From NCBI RefSeq assembly GCF_035998965.1, contig NZ_DASYHE010000103.1, forward strand, positions 1,383 to 65,382: 64,000 nt of DNA. The letters are read 5' to 3'. Below, in pieces: positions 39,946-50,339 of the stretch (the stretch's first letter is position 1; each line of letters starts with the position of its first letter). The notes beneath the pieces were generated by a model. The model had not been told where the DNA came from and ran no database searches. It was given only the letters and a program-made list of their open reading frames with translations. The position numbers and the translations under genes are program-made. This DNA comes from Sphingopyxis sp. GTDB taxonomy: Bacteria; Pseudomonadota; Alphaproteobacteria; Sphingomonadales; Sphingomonadaceae.

Positions 39946-40542
39946 ATGTCGGTTGCCATGGTCACCCCCGCGCCCTCACTCCCCAAAGACTTCGCGCAGC
40001 TCTCGCTCTCCGAGGCCGCCGAACTGCTCGCGGCGCGCAAGCTGCCGCCGGTTGAAAGCTGGCACCCCGAACGCAGCGGCGACAGCTTCATGGAAATCCG
40101 CGCCGACGGCAGCTGGTATCACGAGGGCGGGCGGATCAACCGCCCCGCGATGGTCAAGCTGTTCTCGACGATCCTGCGCCGCGAAGCCGACGGCAGCCAT
40201 GTTCTGGTGACCCCTGCCGAGAAGTTGAGCATCGCGGTCGAGGACACCCCATTCCGGGCGGTCGAGATGAAGAGCGAGGGCGAGGGCGACGCGCGCCAGC
40301 TTGTCTTTCGGCTCGACACCGACGACCTGGTGATGGCCGGACCCGACCATCCGCTGACTTTCGGCACCAATCCCGACAGCCCCGACCCGCGGCTCCACGT
40401 CCGCGGTACCATCGGCAATGGACTGGAAGCGCGGGTCGATCGCGCGCTTTATTATGAGATCGTCGAGATGGCGCTCGCTGACCAAAGCGATCCGCCCGCG
40501 ATCTGGTCAAACGGCGCGCCATTTCCCTTGGTCGATAGCTGA
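39946..40542 (+). CDS. DUF1285 domain protein
   Basis: PPVESWHP, IRADGSWYHEG, LVTPAEK..I.VEDTPF. Confidence 0.9.
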   Translation: MSVAMVTPAPSLPKDFAQLSLSEAAELLAARKLPPVESWHPERSGDSFMEIRADGSWYHEGGRINRPAMVKLFSTILRREADGSHVLVTPAEKLSIAVEDTPFRAVEMKSEGEGDARQLVFRLDTDDLVMAGPDHPLTFGTNPDSPDPRLHVRGTIGNGLEARVDRALYYEIVEMALADQSDPPAIWSNGAPFPLVDS

Positions 40543-41126
40543 TGCTGTCGGCAAAGCTGCGCGCCGCGCTCGACAATTTGCTGCCCGATGCGGGCGAGGA
40601 TGAGGCGTATCTCGGCACACCGACGCTCCGCGATGCCGCGGTGCTGATCGCCTTCACCGACCGCCCCGACCCCGGCGTCATCCTGACCCAGCGCCCGCAA
40701 TGGCTGCGCAGCCATGCCGGGCAGGTGGCGTTTCCGGGCGGCAAGATCGATCCCGAAGACCGCGACGCGATTGATGCCGCGCTGCGCGAGGCGGAGGAGG
40801 AGATCGGCCTCAGCCCCCGCGACGTGATGGTGGCGGGGGTGACTGAGCCTTATCGGTCGGGCAGCGGCTATATCATCACCCCGGTGCTGGGCGTCATCCC
40901 CCCCGACCTGCCGCTCGACCCCAACCCCGACGAGGTCGAGGACTGGTTCGAAGTGCCGCTCGACATCCTGTTCGATCCCGCCAATTATGCGCGCCAACAG
41001 GCGCATTGGCAGGGTCAGGACCGACATTATTACGATATGGATTGGCAAGGACGGCGGATCTGGGGCGTGACGGCGGGCATCATCATCAATCTGGCGCGGC
41101 GGATGCCCGCGGGGTGGCACCGGTGA
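40542..41126 (+). CDS. Nudix CoA pyrophosphatase
   Basis: HAGQVAFPGG, ALREAEEEIG, IWGVTAG. Confidence 0.93.
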   Translation: MLSAKLRAALDNLLPDAGEDEAYLGTPTLRDAAVLIAFTDRPDPGVILTQRPQWLRSHAGQVAFPGGKIDPEDRDAIDAALREAEEEIGLSPRDVMVAGVTEPYRSGSGYIITPVLGVIPPDLPLDPNPDEVEDWFEVPLDILFDPANYARQQAHWQGQDRHYYDMDWQGRRIWGVTAGIIINLARRMPAGWHR

Positions 41127-42319
41127 GCGTGCTACCCGATGCCGAATGGCGCGCGCGGCCGGGGCTGCGCCGGATCGTCGCGGCGCTCGGCGGTGAGGGC
41201 GGGGCGGTGAAGATCGTCGGCGGCGCGGTGCGCGACACCCTGCTCGGCCTGCCGGTCACCGACATCGATCTGGCGACCCCGTTGTTGCCGCAGGAGGTGA
41301 CGCGGCGGCTGGAGGCGGCGGATATCAAGGTGATTCCGACCGGCATCGCACACGGCACCGTTACCGCGGTCGCCAGCGGCGATCATCACGAGATCACGAC
41401 GCTGCGCCACGATGTCGAAACCGACGGACGCCGCGCGACGGTCGCTTTTGCCGACGATTGGCAGGGCGATGCGGCGCGGCGCGATTTCACGATCAACGCG
41501 CTTTACGCCGATCCCGAAACGGGAGCGGTCGATGATTATTTCGGCGGCATCGACGACCTGCGTGACGGCTGCGTGCGCTTTATCGGCGATGCGGCGACGC
41601 GGATTGCCGAGGATCATCTGCGCATCCTGCGCTTCTATCGCTTTGCGGCGCGTTTCGGGCGTGGGACGCTTGATGCGGACAGCCATGCCGCCGTCGTCAC
41701 CGCGCGTCAGTCACTCAAAAGCCTGTCGCGCGAACGCATCGCGGACGAGCTGACCAAGATTTTGGCGCTGCCCGATCCGCGCGCGATCGTCGGCCAGATG
41801 GCGGCCGACGACATCTTTGCGGTGCTGCTGCCCGAACTCGATCCGGATTTTGCCGCGACGCTTGATCACCTGATACCCAATGAGTTTGCGGCGGAAATCG
41901 CTATTACCCCGCACCGCCGTCTCGCGGCGCTGCTGCCCGCCGACCGCGGGGTTGCCGAGCAAGTGGCCAGCCGCCTGCGGCTATCGACCCGGCAGCGCAA
42001 ATATCTGGGCGCGGTGGCCGAACATCGCGGCGATGTCGCCCGTCCAGTGCGCCAGCTTGCGCACGCCATCGGGGTCGAGGCAGCGCGCGACGTGCATCTG
42101 ATTGCGGGCGAGCCCGCCGCGGTGCGCGATCTCGCGGATTGGGAGGTTCCGGTGCTGCCGATCAAGGGCGGCGACATTGTCGCGCGCGGCATTGCGGTTG
42201 GGCCAGAGGTCGCGCGCATCCTGAAAGACGTCGAAGCGGCATGGGTCGCCGAGAATTTTCCCGGCGCCGACCGCGTTGCCGAACTGGTTGATCAGAAGAT
42301 CGGGCGCACCAGCGACTGA
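41123..42319 (+). CDS. cca: CCA tRNA nucleotidyltransferase
   Basis: VGGAVRD, DIDLAT, RRDFTINA, EDHLRILR, SRERI. Confidence 0.93.
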   Translation: MSVLPDAEWRARPGLRRIVAALGGEGGAVKIVGGAVRDTLLGLPVTDIDLATPLLPQEVTRRLEAADIKVIPTGIAHGTVTAVASGDHHEITTLRHDVETDGRRATVAFADDWQGDAARRDFTINALYADPETGAVDDYFGGIDDLRDGCVRFIGDAATRIAEDHLRILRFYRFAARFGRGTLDADSHAAVVTARQSLKSLSRERIADELTKILALPDPRAIVGQMAADDIFAVLLPELDPDFAATLDHLIPNEFAAEIAITPHRRLAALLPADRGVAEQVASRLRLSTRQRKYLGAVAEHRGDVARPVRQLAHAIGVEAARDVHLIAGEPAAVRDLADWEVPVLPIKGGDIVARGIAVGPEVARILKDVEAAWVAENFPGADRVAELVDQKIGRTSD

Positions 42320-43974
42320 CGCCAGAAATCGAGCGCCGCGGCGCCTTCCAACGGCCGCGCGAACAAATAGCCCTGCCCGAAATCGCAGCCGAGCGCCGAC
42401 AGGAGGCGCGCCTGATCGGCGGTCTCGACCCCCTCGGCGGTGGTCTTCATGCCCAGCACTTCGGCCAAGCTCTGGATGGTGCGGACGATCGCCACCTTGT
42501 CGCGGTCGTCGACCATATGTTCGACAAAACTGCGGTCGATCTTGAGCACGTCGAGCGGCAGGCGCTGCAGATAGGCGAGGTTCGAATAGCCGGTGCCGAA
42601 ATCGTCCATCGCGACGCGCGCATCGAGCGCCTTCAGCTCGCTGAGCACTGACAGTGCAAGGTCGGGATCGCCGATGATCGCGCTTTCGGTCAGTTCGATC
42701 ATCAACCGTTCGCCGCCGATTTTATGCTTTGCGAGCGCGCCGCGTACCACCGCGGCGACATCATCGCGCAACAGCTGGATCGCCGAGACATTGACCGAGA
42801 CATAGCAATCGACCGTCTTGCCGCCATTCTGCTGGTCCCAGCCGGCGAGCACCGCCGCGGCCTTGCCGATCGCCCATTGACCGAGCGGGACGATCAGGCC
42901 TGAATCTTCGGCGATCGGGATGAATTCGCTGGGCGAAATCGCATGGCCGTCCTGCTTGTCCCAGCGCGCGAGCGCTTCGAACCCGGCGACCTTGCCGGTC
43001 GCAAGCTCGATCAGCGGCTGAAACGCCAGATGGAGCCGGTCTTCCTCGATCGCGTTGCGCAGTTCGGTTTCAAGCCCGAAACGATTGTCGGACAGCATCG
43101 CCGATTCGGGCTCATAGATTTCGATGCGGTCGGTCTGCTTCGCGCGTTTCAGCGCGATCTGCGCGTGGCGGATCTGATCGGCGACGTCGCTGTCGATCGC
43201 GGGCTGAATGGCACAGCCCAGCGCGCAATCGACGCTGACTTTCAATTGGCCGATACGGAACGGATGGTCGAAACAGCCGCGGATGCGCCGCGCCATTTCG
43301 CGGACATCGGCGCGCCCACCCGCGACGCGGGTCGATATGGCAAATTCGTCGCCGCCGGTGCGCGCCAAAATGTCCCCGCTGCGCAAGGATGATTTCAACC
43401 GCCGCGCGACTGTGATGATCAGCTCGTCGCCCGCCATCGGCCCGATATGTTCGTTGATGCGGCTGAACCGCGCCAGGTCGAGCAGCAGGATGGCGTGGTC
43501 GGCGCCAATGCCGTCGGTGACGCCGCGCTGTTCGACCATTTCTTCGAACCCGGCGCGGTTGGGGAGGCCGGTCAGGCTGTCCGAAACCAGCTCGCGGCGC
43601 AAATTGCGCTCGGTCATCATTTCCTGGGTACGGTCGATCAGCGTCAGCAGGAACAGGCTTTCGTCGCCCGTTTCGGTCGGCAACGGCCCGATCGATCCGC
43701 GCAGATCGCGCGCCGCGACGCCGTCGCCCAGCTGGCAGCTGAATTCCTGCGTATCGTTGGGCGACTGCGCTGCGCGTTCGACGGCGCGCAACAGCTCGAT
43801 TGGAGCGTCGGCGCCGGCTGGCGACAGATTGAGCCGGTCAAAAGCGGCGTTGCTGGCGTGCAGACGAAAATTGCCGCGCGCAAGCGGGCGGATCAGCGCC
43901 GCTGGCACCGGGAGCGCGTCGATCCAGCCGACGAACAACAAGGGCCGGTCTTCACCGGTTCGATCAAGTGGCAT
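42292..43974 (-). CDS. GGDEF-EAL c-di-GMP enzyme with N-terminal sensor domain
   Basis: GGDEF intact; EAL, DDFGTGYS, KIDRSF and AEGVE present. Confidence 0.93.
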   Translation of the reverse strand: MPLDRTGEDRPLLFVGWIDALPVPAALIRPLARGNFRLHASNAAFDRLNLSPAGADAPIELLRAVERAAQSPNDTQEFSCQLGDGVAARDLRGSIGPLPTETGDESLFLLTLIDRTQEMMTERNLRRELVSDSLTGLPNRAGFEEMVEQRGVTDGIGADHAILLLDLARFSRINEHIGPMAGDELIITVARRLKSSLRSGDILARTGGDEFAISTRVAGGRADVREMARRIRGCFDHPFRIGQLKVSVDCALGCAIQPAIDSDVADQIRHAQIALKRAKQTDRIEIYEPESAMLSDNRFGLETELRNAIEEDRLHLAFQPLIELATGKVAGFEALARWDKQDGHAISPSEFIPIAEDSGLIVPLGQWAIGKAAAVLAGWDQQNGGKTVDCYVSVNVSAIQLLRDDVAAVVRGALAKHKIGGERLMIELTESAIIGDPDLALSVLSELKALDARVAMDDFGTGYSNLAYLQRLPLDVLKIDRSFVEHMVDDRDKVAIVRTIQSLAEVLGMKTTAEGVETADQARLLSALGCDFGQGYLFARPLEGAAALDFWRQSLVRPIF

Positions 43975-44063
43975 AACAGCGGGTTTTGTGCGACCTTTCC
44001 CCATTGGCCATGGCCTAGGGGCGGGGAAGTAAAGAAGCGATTTACGGCAAAGGGAAAATGCGG

Positions 44064-46364
44064 TCAGCCGAAGCGATTGTTGCGCGGAAAGCCGGTTGGC
44101 GGCATCCGTCCGGCGGCGCCGCGCGCGACACGCCACGGCGCCAGGTCGGTTTCGGTCCGCGTCCGCCCGGTATCGCCGCCCATCGCCCAGCTTAACCCGT
44201 CGGTAAAGACAAAGCTGACCGCGTCGGACAGGCCGCCGTCGCGATAGCGTTGCAGCATGACCCCTTGGCCGCGCGCCATCACCGGCACTTCGGCAATCGG
44301 GAAGACGACCAGCTTGCGATTCTCGCCGACCACCGCGATGCTGTCGTCCCCCGCTCCGATGGGGCGGACGATCGCCAGCTGGGCGCCGCTTTTGAGGTTG
44401 ACGACGTTGCGCCCCTTGCGCGTTTCGGCGACGACCTCGCCCATCTGCGCGATAAAGCCATGACCGCTGGTCGAGGCGAGCAGCAGGCGCCCGTCGGCGC
44501 TCGCCGGGATCATCGCGACGATCTTCGCCTCGGGGTCGATATCGACCATCAGCCGCAGCGGCTCGCCGAACCCGCGCCCGCCGGGCAGCTTGTCGGCGCC
44601 GATGGTGAAGAAACGGCCGTCGCTGGCCGCGATCAGCAGCTTGTCGGTGGTCTGCGCGTGCGCTGCGAACAGCAGCTCGTCGCCTTCCTTGAACTTGAAT
44701 TCGGCCCATTGGTCGGCCGCGACATGGCCGCGCTGCGCGCGGATCCAGCCGCGCTTCGACAGGATCACCGTCACCGGCTCCTTCTCGATCATCGCATCAA
44801 GCGGAATATCGCGCGCCGGGGCGGCTTCGGCGATCGTCGTCCGCCGCGCGCCGAGCAATGTGTCGAGCCCGTAAACCGCGCGCAGCTTTTCCAGATCCTT
44901 GCGCAGCCGGGTGCGCTGGCGCTGCGGGCTTTCGACCAGCTTGACCAGCTCCTCGCGCTCGGCGGTCAGGTCGGCTTGCTCGCGTTTCAGCTCCATCTCC
45001 TCCAGCTTGCGCAAAGACCGCAGCCGCATGTTCAGGATTGCCTCGGCCTGCCGGTCGGTCAGGATGAATTCTGCAATCATCACCGGCTTGGGCTCGTCCT
45101 CGGTACGGATGATCTCGATGATCCGGTCGAGGTTGAGGAAGGCGATGATATAGCCCGCGACCAGCTCCAGCCGGTCGTCGATCTTGGCGATGCGGTGCTG
45201 AGCGCGGCGGACCAGCACGACGATCTGGTGCTGGAGCCATTCGGTGAGCAGCTGGTGCAGCCCCATCACCTTCGGCGTCCGCGTCGCGTCGAGGACATTC
45301 AGGTTGAGCGCGAAACGGCTTTCCAGGTCGGTCAGCCGGTACAGGCTTTCCTTCAATATGTCGGGATCGACGTTGCGGCTCTTGGGTTCGATGACGATGC
45401 GCAGATCTTCGGCGCTCTCGTCACGGACATCCTCCAGGATCGGCAATTTCTTGTCGGCGATCAGCTGCGCGATCTGTTCGATCAGCTTGCCCTTGGCGAC
45501 GCCATAGGGGATCTCGCTGATCACCAATTGCCAGGTGCCGCCGGGCAGCTTCTCGATCCCGCTCTCTTCCCACGTGCCGTCCGCCTTGCCGGTCGAAAAG
45601 CGCGCGCGGACGCGGAAACCGCCGCGGCCAGTGGCATAGGCGTGGGCGATCGTCTCGGCGCTATCGACGACGATGCCGCCGGTCGGAAAATCGGGACCTT
45701 TGACATGATCGAGCAGTTCGGACAGCTCTGCCTGTGGCTTTTCGATCAGGAGCAGCGCGGCGCCGATGACCTCGGCGGCGTTGTGCGGCGGGATGTTCGT
45801 CGCCATGCCGACCGCGATCCCGCTCGCGCCATTGGCGAGCAGGTTGGGGAACAGCCCCGGCATGATTTCGGGCTCTTCATCCTCACCATTATAGGTCGGC
45901 TTGAAATCGACGGTGCCTTCGTCGAGACCCTGCATCAGGTCGACCGCGACGCGCGTTAACCGCGCTTCGGTATAGCGATAGGCGGCGGCATTATCGCCGT
46001 CGATATTGCCGAAATTGCCCTGGCCGTCGACGAGCGGGTAACGCAGCGAGAAATCCTGCGCGAGGCGGACCATCGCGTCATAGACCGCAACATCGCCATG
46101 CGGGTGGAACTTACCGATCACATCGCCGACGACGCGCGCCGATTTCTTGTAGCCCTGCGATGGATCAAGCCGCATCGCGCGCATCGCCCACAGCAGGCGG
46201 CGGTGAACCGGCTTCAACCCGTCGCGCAGATCAGGCAGCGACCGCGCGGTGATCGTCGACAGCGCATAGACCAGATAGCGTTCGGACAGCGCACTGCCGA
46301 ACGGCGTGTCGGTCATGCCGGGGACGGGTTCTGGATTGTCGGGATCGTCGGTGGTGGTCGCCAT
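44064..46364 (-). CDS. parC: DNA topoisomerase IV subunit A
   Basis: [21 protein letters not shown] and a ParC-type C-terminus ([10 protein letters not shown]). Confidence 0.97.
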   Translation of the reverse strand: MATTTDDPDNPEPVPGMTDTPFGSALSERYLVYALSTITARSLPDLRDGLKPVHRRLLWAMRAMRLDPSQGYKKSARVVGDVIGKFHPHGDVAVYDAMVRLAQDFSLRYPLVDGQGNFGNIDGDNAAAYRYTEARLTRVAVDLMQGLDEGTVDFKPTYNGEDEEPEIMPGLFPNLLANGASGIAVGMATNIPPHNAAEVIGAALLLIEKPQAELSELLDHVKGPDFPTGGIVVDSAETIAHAYATGRGGFRVRARFSTGKADGTWEESGIEKLPGGTWQLVISEIPYGVAKGKLIEQIAQLIADKKLPILEDVRDESAEDLRIVIEPKSRNVDPDILKESLYRLTDLESRFALNLNVLDATRTPKVMGLHQLLTEWLQHQIVVLVRRAQHRIAKIDDRLELVAGYIIAFLNLDRIIEIIRTEDEPKPVMIAEFILTDRQAEAILNMRLRSLRKLEEMELKREQADLTAEREELVKLVESPQRQRTRLRKDLEKLRAVYGLDTLLGARRTTIAEAAPARDIPLDAMIEKEPVTVILSKRGWIRAQRGHVAADQWAEFKFKEGDELLFAAHAQTTDKLLIAASDGRFFTIGADKLPGGRGFGEPLRLMVDIDPEAKIVAMIPASADGRLLLASTSGHGFIAQMGEVVAETRKGRNVVNLKSGAQLAIVRPIGAGDDSIAVVGENRKLVVFPIAEVPVMARGQGVMLQRYRDGGLSDAVSFVFTDGLSWAMGGDTGRTRTETDLAPWRVARGAAGRMPPTGFPRNNRFG

Positions 46365-46660
46365 GGTCGCGGCGCGATAGCAAGGCTGGCGCGCCAAGGC
46401 AAAGGGCGATCGCAAAGCCATCCGCTCGTGAAAAATCGCCACGACAAGCGCCGCGGCTTTTGCGCACGGCAGGCAGGAATATTATGATGCTGGTAAAGGG
46501 CAGCACGGATAAAGCCGCGGCGCCCGCATTGTCATCGATCGCCTCTGCTCGATTGCTCGTAAAACTCAGTAGAAAGCACCGGCCGCCACCCGCCGTGATC
46601 GCGCCCCCTTGCGAACCCCCGATCTTTCGCGCAAGCCGTGCGGTGGGCAGAGGAGAGTAT

Positions 46661-47299
46661 GTGACGCGGATAGACGATCAGCCGCCGGGATGGGTGGCGC
46701 GGGCGGTGCGCCGATTGTTGCTGGCATTATACCGTTTGCGCGGCTGGAAAGCGGTCGGGGCGGTGCCCGAACCGCGACGCTTCATCCTGATCGCGGCGCC
46801 CCACACCAGCAATTGGGACTTCGTCAATTTCCTTGGCCTGACCGCCGATCTGAAAATTCGTCCCTATTTTATGGCCAAGCTGTCGCTGTTCCGCTGGCCG
46901 CTCGGCGGCTTCATCCGCAAGATGGGCGGGGTGCCGGTCGATCGCCGCGGCGGCGGCAATGTCGTCGAGCAAATGGTGGCCGAGTTCGCGCGCCGCACCG
47001 AATTCATGCTGACCGTCGCGCCCGAGGGGACGCGCGGCAAGACCGCGAAATGGCGCACCGGATTTTACCAGATCGCGCTGGCGGCCAAGGTGCCGATGGT
47101 CGTCGGCTTCATGGATTATGGGACCAAGACCGGTGGGCTTGGCCCGCTGATCTGGCCGAGCGGCGATTTTCGCGCCGACATGATGAAGGTGCTCGAAGTC
47201 TATCGCACCTGCATCCCCAAAATTCCCGATCGCGCGGTGCGCTCGATCGACGATATTGTCGGCGACGACGGCCCGGACGAGATGGAGATGCGCGCATGA
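46661..47299 (+). CDS. Lysophospholipid acyltransferase family
   Basis: APHTSNWD, PEGTRG. Confidence 0.92.
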   Translation: MTRIDDQPPGWVARAVRRLLLALYRLRGWKAVGAVPEPRRFILIAAPHTSNWDFVNFLGLTADLKIRPYFMAKLSLFRWPLGGFIRKMGGVPVDRRGGGNVVEQMVAEFARRTEFMLTVAPEGTRGKTAKWRTGFYQIALAAKVPMVVGFMDYGTKTGGLGPLIWPSGDFRADMMKVLEVYRTCIPKIPDRAVRSIDDIVGDDGPDEMEMRA

Positions 47300-48114
47300 C
47301 CGACCTGCTGATGCTGCTGGCGCTCAATTTCATCGGATTGCTGGGGGTGATCCTGATCCTGTGGGCGATCTCGGTGGCGATCCGCGACGTGTCGTTCATC
47401 GACGCCTTTTGGGCGTTCGGCATGGTGCTGCTCGCATGGGGCGCGGCGTGGCAGGCTGGATTTGATGCGCTGCACGCCAAATTGCTGCTCGGGCTGACCA
47501 GCCTGTGGGGGCTGCGGCTCGCGATCCATTTGGGGCTGCGCTGGGTCAAGCATGGCGAAGACCCGCGCTATGCCAAGATCCTGTCGCGGACGATGGAAAC
47601 GAAGAAATGGAGCTGGGGCAAGACGGCGCTGCTCACCGTGTTCCTGACGCAGGCGCCCTTGCTGTTCATCACCTGCCTGCCGGCGCAGATCGGCATCTGG
47701 GCCAGCGGCGACGCGGCGGCGGACGGCGTCGGCATCTTCGCGATCATCGGCGTGGTGGCGGCGCTGATCGGCATCGCGTTCGAGACGATCGGCGATGCGC
47801 AGCTCGACGCGTTTCGCAAGAACCCCGCAAACAAGGGGCAGGTGCTCGACACCGGGCTGTGGCGCTACACCCGCCATCCCAATTATTTCGGTGACGCGCT
47901 GACCTGGTGGGGGCTGTGGCTGATCGCCGCCGACATCGGGCCGTGGGTCGCGCTGGCCAGCGTGATCGGGCCGATCTTCCTGACCTTCACCCTGACAAAA
48001 TGGTCGGGCAAGGCGCTGCTCGAAAAGGGGCTGCACAAGACGCGGCCCGACTATGCCGCCTATGTCGCGCGCACTTCCGGTTTCATCCCATGGCCGCCAA
48101 AGACGGGGATTTAG
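47296..48114 (+). CDS. DUF1295 / steroid 5-alpha-reductase-like membrane protein
   Basis: GEDPRY, ETIGDAQL, GLWRYTRHPNYFG. Confidence 0.92.
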   Translation: MTDLLMLLALNFIGLLGVILILWAISVAIRDVSFIDAFWAFGMVLLAWGAAWQAGFDALHAKLLLGLTSLWGLRLAIHLGLRWVKHGEDPRYAKILSRTMETKKWSWGKTALLTVFLTQAPLLFITCLPAQIGIWASGDAAADGVGIFAIIGVVAALIGIAFETIGDAQLDAFRKNPANKGQVLDTGLWRYTRHPNYFGDALTWWGLWLIAADIGPWVALASVIGPIFLTFTLTKWSGKALLEKGLHKTRPDYAAYVARTSGFIPWPPKTGI

Positions 48115-48509
48115 GCGGCGAGGCGCTGGCCGCCGACGCCAGCGCCCTCGGCGACGCCCCGCGCATCCGCGCGATATTGACCGAAGCCGCGCGCGAAGGC
48201 CGCGCGGTCAGCTATTCCGAACTGCTCGGCGACCTGGGCTTCCGCTTCACCCGGCCCAAGATGCGCGCGCTGTGCAAGACCTTGGCCGAAGTCGACCGGC
48301 TGTGCGCGCTCGACGGCGAACCCGATCTGGCGGTGCTGGTGGTGCGCGAAAGTGACCGGTTGCCGGGGCAGGGCTGGTGGGTCGGCGGCACCGCGCTGCT
48401 GCTGGGGTATGACGGGCCATGGGAAGGCGCCGCGGCCGCCCGGTTCATTCGCGAGCAGCAGCAGGGGGTGTTTGATTATTGGGAGGGGGGCGCCTCAATC
48501 GCTGGCTGA
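48090..48509 (+). CDS. Small hypothetical protein, winged-helix-like
   Basis: VSYSEL, EPDLAVLVVRESD.LPGQGWW. The ATG at 48090 overlaps the previous gene. Confidence 0.7.
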   Translation: MAAKDGDLGGEALAADASALGDAPRIRAILTEAAREGRAVSYSELLGDLGFRFTRPKMRALCKTLAEVDRLCALDGEPDLAVLVVRESDRLPGQGWWVGGTALLLGYDGPWEGAAAARFIREQQQGVFDYWEGGASIAG

Positions 48510-48633
48510 TCGCGCCTTCGCCACCGAATGTACCGGTTCCTCGGGTCAGTTGCCAATCGAGCGGCTGCACTCGACAGGACCACCATCACAACGTTCAAAC
48601 CGCTTCCAGGCGTCCGCGCGAAGGGCAATAGGC

Positions 48634-49566
48634 ATGCACGCCGTCGAAATTGATGATCTGACAAAGGCCATGTCAGGCCGGACCATCATCGACAGAATTT
48701 CCCTCGTCATTGCCCAGCACAGTGTGTTCGGACTTCTGGGGCCGAATGGTGCAGGCAAGACAACCTTCCTGCGCCTCATGCTCGGTCTGCTTCACGCTGA
48801 TCGGGGAACGGTCAGGCTATTCGGTCATGACATCGGGCGGAACCGGCGTGCGGCTTTGCGGGGCGTGGGATCCTTCATCGAAGCGCCAGCGCTTTATGGC
48901 AATTTGTCGGGGCGCGTGAACCTCCAGCTTCACGCAACGATGATGCGCTTGCCCGATGCCGCGGTTGACGAAGCATTGGATATTGCGGGCATGCAGGGCG
49001 CGTCGGCGCAACTTGTGCGCACCTACTCGCTTGGCATGCGACAACGGCTGGGGCTGGCCAAGGCACTGCTCGGAAAGCCCCGGCTGCTCATTCTGGATGA
49101 GCCGACAAATGGCCTCGACCCGGACGGTATCGCCGAAATCAGGACCTTGATCGCGGATCTGCCGCAAAGGATCGGCGGCACGGTGATCTTATCGAGCCAC
49201 CTGTTGAGCGAGGTCGAACATGTCGCCGATCAGGTCGCCATCGTTCGTCACGGCCGGATCGTGGCAGACGGAAATCTGGCGACCTTGCTGAGCGGGAATC
49301 GCGATATCGTCATCGAGACGACGGACGTGCCTGGTGCAGCGCTGCTGCTCGACCGCCACGGTTTCCAAGCCGAAATGACTGACGAACGGCTCATTGTCGC
49401 GGGCGGCGATTTGGCGGGCTGTACGGAACGAAGGGCGCGGATCAACCGGCTGCTGGTCGAGGCGGATTTTGGGGTCAGTGCGATTTTCGCGCGCCCGAAA
49501 AGTCTGGAGGATATTTATCAGGGCGTGGCGCTCCGCACCGAAGATGTTGCAGGAGCCGTCATGTGA
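48634..49566 (+). CDS. ABC transporter ATP-binding protein (BcrA/LanF-like)
   Basis: GPNGAGKT, IEAP.LY, YSLGMRQRLG, LDEPTNGLDPDG, SSH. Confidence 0.93.
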   Translation: MHAVEIDDLTKAMSGRTIIDRISLVIAQHSVFGLLGPNGAGKTTFLRLMLGLLHADRGTVRLFGHDIGRNRRAALRGVGSFIEAPALYGNLSGRVNLQLHATMMRLPDAAVDEALDIAGMQGASAQLVRTYSLGMRQRLGLAKALLGKPRLLILDEPTNGLDPDGIAEIRTLIADLPQRIGGTVILSSHLLSEVEHVADQVAIVRHGRIVADGNLATLLSGNRDIVIETTDVPGAALLLDRHGFQAEMTDERLIVAGGDLAGCTERRARINRLLVEADFGVSAIFARPKSLEDIYQGVALRTEDVAGAVM

Positions 49567-50288
49567 TTCGCCATATAGGCGTCGAATATCGCAAACTCAG
49601 TGGGTCTCTGGCGATCCTGCTTGCCATTCTGGCGCCCGCGCTTCCGGCGATCATGGCCTTGCTGGCGATTTCTTCGTCAAATCGGTTGATGAGCTGGCCG
49701 ATGATCTATTTCCAGTTCGCGCTGCCGATATGGGTGACCTTCCTGATGCCGATGGCGGTGACCGCCTTTGCGACCCTGCTCGGTCAGGTCGAATATCGCG
49801 CCAATGGCTGGGAAAGCATGTTCGCGCTTCCGGTCCACAAATATTCGATCTTCTTCGCCAAGATGTTCGTCGGCATCTCGGGTGCGGTGGGGATGATGGT
49901 CGTGATGCTGGCGCTGACGGCGATTGGCGCGATGGGCGGGATCGCACTCAGCGGCAATGTTCCTCCCGATGCCTTCCCCACCGCGCCGCTGTTCGACAAG
50001 ACGATCATGATCCTGGCGGCCTCGGCGCCCTTGGTGGTGATCCAGATGTGGGCGGCGTTCCGATTTGCGAACTTCGTTATTCCCTTGGCGGTCGGGATCA
50101 CCGGGACGATGGTCGCCATCGCGGTCGCGATGACCAATACGGGCAAGGCCGATTGGTTCCCATGGGTTCTGCCGTATAAGGCGCTGTTGCAAAACCAGCC
50201 GTCATCGACGGCTTTGCTGGCTCTGGCGGCCGCAGTGGTGCTCGCGATTGCGGCGGTTGCCAACCTGTCTCGCGCCACGCTGCGGTAG
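49563..50288 (+). CDS. ABC-2 permease (LanE/LanG-like)
   Basis: About 6 TM segments, EYRANGWE motif; start overlaps the ATPase stop. Confidence 0.85.
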   Translation: MIRHIGVEYRKLSGSLAILLAILAPALPAIMALLAISSSNRLMSWPMIYFQFALPIWVTFLMPMAVTAFATLLGQVEYRANGWESMFALPVHKYSIFFAKMFVGISGAVGMMVVMLALTAIGAMGGIALSGNVPPDAFPTAPLFDKTIMILAASAPLVVIQMWAAFRFANFVIPLAVGITGTMVAIAVAMTNTGKADWFPWVLPYKALLQNQPSSTALLALAAAVVLAIAAVANLSRATLR

Positions 50289-50339
50289 GGTTTGACGGGT
50301 CAGTCTCCGACGCTGCGCAACGAAGATCGGTAAATCGGC

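Noticed and set aside
42292-44709. 805-aa version of the GGDEF-EAL ORF and 414-aa version of folB
   Set aside because: The N-terminal extensions overlap parC or the GNAT gene and repeats and read as Arg/Pro-rich noise. The true starts are probably 43974 and 39218.
48476-48664. RiPP precursor next to the LanF/LanE-like ABC pair
   Set aside because: The small ORFs here lack leader/core features and RBS, and no modification enzymes are nearby.
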